A stretch of 62,247 nucleotides of DNA, counting the filler, from Sphacelaria rigidula (taxonomy: Eukaryota): assembly GCA_964200075.2 (NCBI GenBank). It is 7 parts of 7 records of this genome, joined end to end, with 100 filler letters (N's around TTAATTAATTAA, not from the genome) between each part and the next. Parts side by side here need not be neighbours in the genome. Positions count along the whole stretch, not along the records: positions 53,442 to 62,247 come from CAXNAA020010048.1; 6 more parts are not named here. One strand, given 5' to 3'. Shown in pieces: positions 59,900-62,247 of the stretch. The notes beneath the pieces were generated by a model. The model saw only the letters and a program-made list of their open reading frames with translations, was not told the DNA's origin and searched no databases. Numbering within the stretch: the first letter of the stretch is position 1; each line of letters opens with the position of its first letter. Both the position numbers and the translations under genes were made by a program.

Positions 59900-61250
59900 A
59901 GGTGACAATGGGCCTGCAAATTGCAGACCCTTTTCCAGATGGCCCAGCTCGTCAGCATTCGAGTATCTACGAGTATACAGAACGAACGGTCTCTCCGGAG
60001 AGCCGTGCGTTCCACCAAACGACGATTGAAGGGATTGTGCTTGCCGCTTGAGTTATCGATGACGAGACCTTGTCCGTGAATATAATTGCACCATACACTG
60101 GTGATAACTGGGCGTGCTGCTTCAGTGCAGCAAACTGCCTTGTTCAAAGCGGTCACAGGCACGGCACTACGGTCAAGCACAAAATACTGTTCACTAGGCA
60201 AGGAGCACCGCGACCATACACACCCCAGTGCCACATCGTTCTGCTACTTGAAAGTCAACCTAAACTGACAAGCAGCAGATTTCAAATGTTGTTGAACATA
60301 AACTGGGCGGGTATAGGTCTGGTGTGCCGCTCTGTCCCTCTGGCATTGTCGGGATGGAAGTGGGTAAACTGTTCGCTTCCTGAACAGGAAGATCAATGGT
60401 AGTCTGACATTGGAATTCCCAATCATGAGTATACTCACGTGGTATCGACAAAACGCTGACAGCGAATCGACCAGTCTCCGCGATCACAGATCGCATTGGC
60501 ACCCAGCTGTTTTTCCAAGCGTCAGCCTGATTAAATATGGATTCATCAACTGTCGCTAAAGTGTTCTCCACGTCTTTCAACCCATCTCCGGCCAAGATTC
60601 CGTCAAAGACGCGCTGGAGAGCGGCATGGCTTACTGCCGCACTGTCGCTATTGGTCGATCCAACCGTTGTCTGCGGAGCAGCTACCCGACGGTTTGGCAT
60701 TATTCCGCCGCGTTTTGTGCAGCAAGCAGACCGTTCACGCCAAGCAGACGTGGCACACCCAGAAAAAGCTGCGTGATGTAACGGCTGGGCTGGGGCTTGC
60801 CTTCCCACCGCTTGTGTTCTCCATGCGTGAACTTGCATCCGCCTGACGACACTTCGGAGCGGCACCGCAAAGGCAGCAACGACGGTCGTATTCCTCGGCG
60901 GCATGTGATTGCCATGATTGCAGCCAACTCCTGCCTGTTGAAGTGCTGACACGATTTGGTTACTATCCGCAAACCACAATGATAGGGTAGCACGGAACCA
61001 CCGACGTCTCCAACTGGCCATGAAGTTATGTCTCAACCTGTCCACAACCATCCGCCTCCGCCGTCCCTGAACCGCCTGCCCAACTGTGGAGGCCAAATAT
61101 GGGTAATTGCAGGGTACCTGGGGCCGTCAATCGACGATCACACCCGCGGTCAAGATTTCCGATATGTTTTCTGTGCTGACTCTCCTCACATGGTGCGAAT
61201 GGCTGTCGTCAAAGAAGGTCATACGTGGCTTTAGTTTAGAATGCCTAATC
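59900..61250 (-). pseudogene. Possible decayed DNA-transposon (MULE-like) coding region
   Basis: Protein-like stretch AALQRVFDGILAGDGLKDVENTLATVDESIFNQADAWKNSWVPMRSVIAETGR, with upstream LKPRMTFFDD and a downstream Cys-containing segment. No firm family match. Confidence 0.28.
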
Positions 61251-61369
61251 AGCTGGGTGTATTCCTATCGGGGTCTTCGATTGCATCAGTCACGACCTGT
61301 TGAGTCATTGTGATCGCAAATAACACTATTTCATATGTTGTAATACCTACTGCGTTCATATCGCAAAGG

Positions 61370-61449
61370 GGTCGAGTGGCCGAGTGGTCTAAGGCGCTAG
61401 TTTAAGGCACTAGTTCGAAAGAGCGTGGGTTCGAATCCCACCTCGATCA
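61370..61449 (+). tRNA. tRNA-Leu: tRNA-Leu(AAG)
   Basis: Acceptor GGTCGAG/CTCGATC plus discriminator A, D arm GCC-GAGTGGTCTAA-GGC, anticodon arm CTAGT-TTAAGGC-ACTAG, long variable arm, T arm GTGGG-TTCGAAT-CCCAC, and a T6 terminator. Confidence 0.96.
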
Positions 61450-61528
61450 ATTATTTTTTCTCCTCGTTCAATTTTGCGGACGATGACTGACTGGCGGACA
61501 CTCGTGCAGCTAGTGAGAACACTCGTGC

Positions 61529-61969
61529 AACACGGGATCTTCCAAGTTGGGGATGGATCATTTATTGGAATGGAAACCCGGAGGATAGAAATCTTCGTAT
61601 CCGCACCAAACATTCGAAATATGGTTCCATTTTTTCACCTACTGATAGCTATTGACAACTGCTACACGCTATAAAAATTTGGATTTCGAACACCGAAATG
61701 TTGGGGTCCTAGGTGAAAAAACAGTTTTGTGGAATTCCGGGTGTCCGAGCGGACGCCAAAATGGTTCCGATATTGTTTTTTACCTAAGACCCCAACATCT
61801 CGGTGTTCGAAATCCAAATTCCTATGGCGTGTAGCAGTTGTCAATAGCTATCAGTAGGTGAAGAAATGGAACCATATTTCGAATATTTGCTGCGGATACG
61901 AAGATTTTGATCCTCCGGGTTTCTCATCCCCAATGAATGATCCATCCCCAATTTGTAAGATCTCGTGTT
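61529..61969. mobile_element. Foldback element / long-TIR MITE (about 440 bp)
   Basis: AACACGGGATCTTCCAAGTTGGGGATGGATCATT... / ...AATGATCCATCCCCAATTTGTAAGATCTCGTGTT. The arms pair over about 200 bp, including a perfect TTCACCTACTGATAGCTATTGACAACTGCTACACGC block. Confidence 0.92.
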
Positions 61970-62008
61970 AACACAGTTTTGGTAAAGTCGAAAGTACTGT
62001 ACAATAAG

Positions 62009-62195
62009 TAGAGCTCGGAAATGGTACCAGTTATAACTGACCATTATCATCATAATGGTAATTATGGTAATGGTTTTATGGGAATTTGGTATAATAATAG
62101 TTTCAAACCATCACTTACCGTCACCGGCTTCATAAGCCGTTATCGACTACGTATGCCACATGCAGCCCTTGAAAGTTGGCCCAAATTTAACGGGT
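62009..62195. mobile_element. hAT-type MITE family M8, truncated copy
   Basis: Starts TAGAGCTCGGAAATGGTACCAGTTATAAC, the reverse complement of the right end of 51739-52116, and shares TTTCAAACCA and TTGGCCCAAATT. Confidence 0.85.
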
Positions 62196-62201
62196 TTTTT
62201 T

Positions 62202-62202
<1 letters not shown>

Positions 62203-62247
<45 letters not shown>
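62203..62247. repeat. (TAT)n microsatellite at contig end
   Basis: Directly visible. Confidence 0.95.

Overview
Eukaryotic, repeat-rich, intron-containing nuclear DNA, most likely from a brown alga (Phaeophyceae). That assignment is inferred from an Ectocarpus-type ankyrin protein, long introns and the LINE/LTR families present. The window is not one locus. It is seven contigs of 8808, 8808, 8807, 8806, 8806, 8806 and 8806 bp, joined by identical artificial 100-bp spacers (N44-TTAATTAATTAA-N44), so gene neighbourhoods across spacers are meaningless. Host genes I can support: one intronless ankyrin-repeat CDS (30103-31869), two exons of an IBA57/YgfZ-like gene, one exon of an MFSD8-like MFS transporter, tRNA-Thr(CGT) and tRNA-Leu(AAG). 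The rest is mostly mobile DNA: copia and gypsy remnants, LINE fragments, a tRNA-derived SINE, MITEs with 8-, 4- and apparently 2-bp target-site duplications (TSDs), two long foldbacks and decayed MULE/hAT-like transposases. The most notable signal is a family of about 12 very short (about 35-110 bp) retroposon ends with variable 5' truncation. They lack a poly(A) tail, end at GAGTAC(A/G) followed by a C-run, and several carry clear TSDs starting in the C-run, consistent with a non-LTR element that targets poly-C/poly-G tracts. All protein-family calls are from motif recognition by eye, not database searches.
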